DNA of 28,572 bases from an uncultured Gammaproteobacteria bacterium (lineage in GTDB: Bacteria; Patescibacteriota; Microgenomatia; UBA12405). Positions within the stretch are counted from its first letter, which is position 1, and the number at the start of each line of letters is the position of its first letter. Position numbers and translations under genes: made by a program. The notes under the pieces are model-generated. The model was given only the letters and a program-made list of their open reading frames with translations, made no database searches and was not told the origin of the DNA. This document shows positions 27,959 to 28,572 of the stretch, one piece after another. The stretch is from assembly GCA_964434125.1 (NCBI GenBank), contig CAYSTF010000001.1, forward strand, positions 1-28,572, written 5' to 3'.

Positions 27959-28507
27959 TTAATCTATTTTACCACCCTTATTAAACTCTTGGGTTGCTGA
28001 TAATTGATCAGTATCTGGTTTGTGTTTTCTTTTGTTAGCAAAAGCACTTCCCCTGCTCTTTTTTTGTTTTGACGGATTTGTTGATTCTGCAGTTAAATCA
28101 AAATACTCAGACTGTTGTTTTTCTCTTTCTTGTCTTTGTTTTTCCTTTTGTTGTTCATAATACCTTTCTTTTTCTTCTTCTTGTTTTTCTCTTTGTCTCC
28201 TAAGTTCAGTCATTTCTTCCTCTACGTTTCTTGACCTGTCTTTTACTTTTTTTTCTTTACCACCCTGACCCTCCTCTGACACTTCTCCTCTTAGTTTACT
28301 TATTTCTTGCTGACTTTTTATTTCTTCCTGTTTTTTAAATTGCTCCAACTGAGAATCAGTCATTGTTCTTTCTAATCCTAAAAGTTCCTTCCCGGTTATA
28401 ATCGTCTCAATTATTTTTTGACCTTCTTCGGTCGCTTTTTCAACCGTCTCAATACCAAGATGGCCTAACCCCTTTACCACACCCTTTAAAATTTTGTCAT
28501 CTCCCAT
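27959..28507 (-). CDS. Hypothetical highly charged (E/K/Q-rich) protein
   Basis: 182-codon ORF abutting cysS, with a TG-A-TAAAAT promoter 8 nt upstream; coiled-coil/low-complexity composition. Confidence 0.7.
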   Translation of the reverse strand: MGDDKILKGVVKGLGHLGIETVEKATEEGQKIIETIITGKELLGLERTMTDSQLEQFKKQEEIKSQQEISKLRGEVSEEGQGGKEKKVKDRSRNVEEEMTELRRQREKQEEEKERYYEQQKEKQRQEREKQQSEYFDLTAESTNPSKQKKSRGSAFANKRKHKPDTDQLSATQEFNKGGKID

Positions 28508-28572
28508 ATTAATTTATTTTATCATTCTAGATGTTTCTTCTTCCAAGTAAAGCAATTTGATAAACCCAATTT

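Noticed and set aside
28522-28572. Possible 3' end of a minus-strand gene at the window edge
   Set aside because: Two frames are open for about 15 codons; too short to assign.

Overview
A 28.6-kb, AT-rich (genetic code 11) bacterial chromosomal segment made mostly of housekeeping genes. The gene set and sequence style suggest a Patescibacteria/CPR genome, probably Microgenomates (inference). Genes recognised: a SpoU/TrmH methyltransferase, gyrB-gyrA, a Xer-type tyrosine recombinase, an ABC exporter, pta, yebC, a LytR_C protein, rluA, lspA, a DksA/TraR protein, a divergent lgt, tRNA-Leu(CAA), dnaB, rpmE, a short prfA, HtrA and CtpA proteases, rpsF-ssb-rpsR and cysS. By eye, third-codon-position bias makes the + strand look like the lagging strand throughout, so no origin or terminus switch is evident. 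The two most unusual items are: (1) a ~300-bp unit in which a stand-alone GIY-YIG nuclease gene is bracketed by direct repeats of the 5' 30 nt of tRNA-Leu, with the upstream copy interrupted by a perfect 20-bp palindrome; (2) three tandem 62-bp repeats upstream of the SpoU gene that form a chain of ATGA-coupled 21-codon mini-ORFs copying the N-terminus of the methyltransferase, where the differences between copies 1 and 2 and against the gene are mostly synonymous. Also notable: an RF1 lacking domain 1, widespread apparently leaderless promoters, a dif-like palindrome beside xer, a 0.9-kb structured non-coding region, and probable pseudo-enzymes (Lgt, MBL fold). Family assignments come from motif recognition only; no database search was run.
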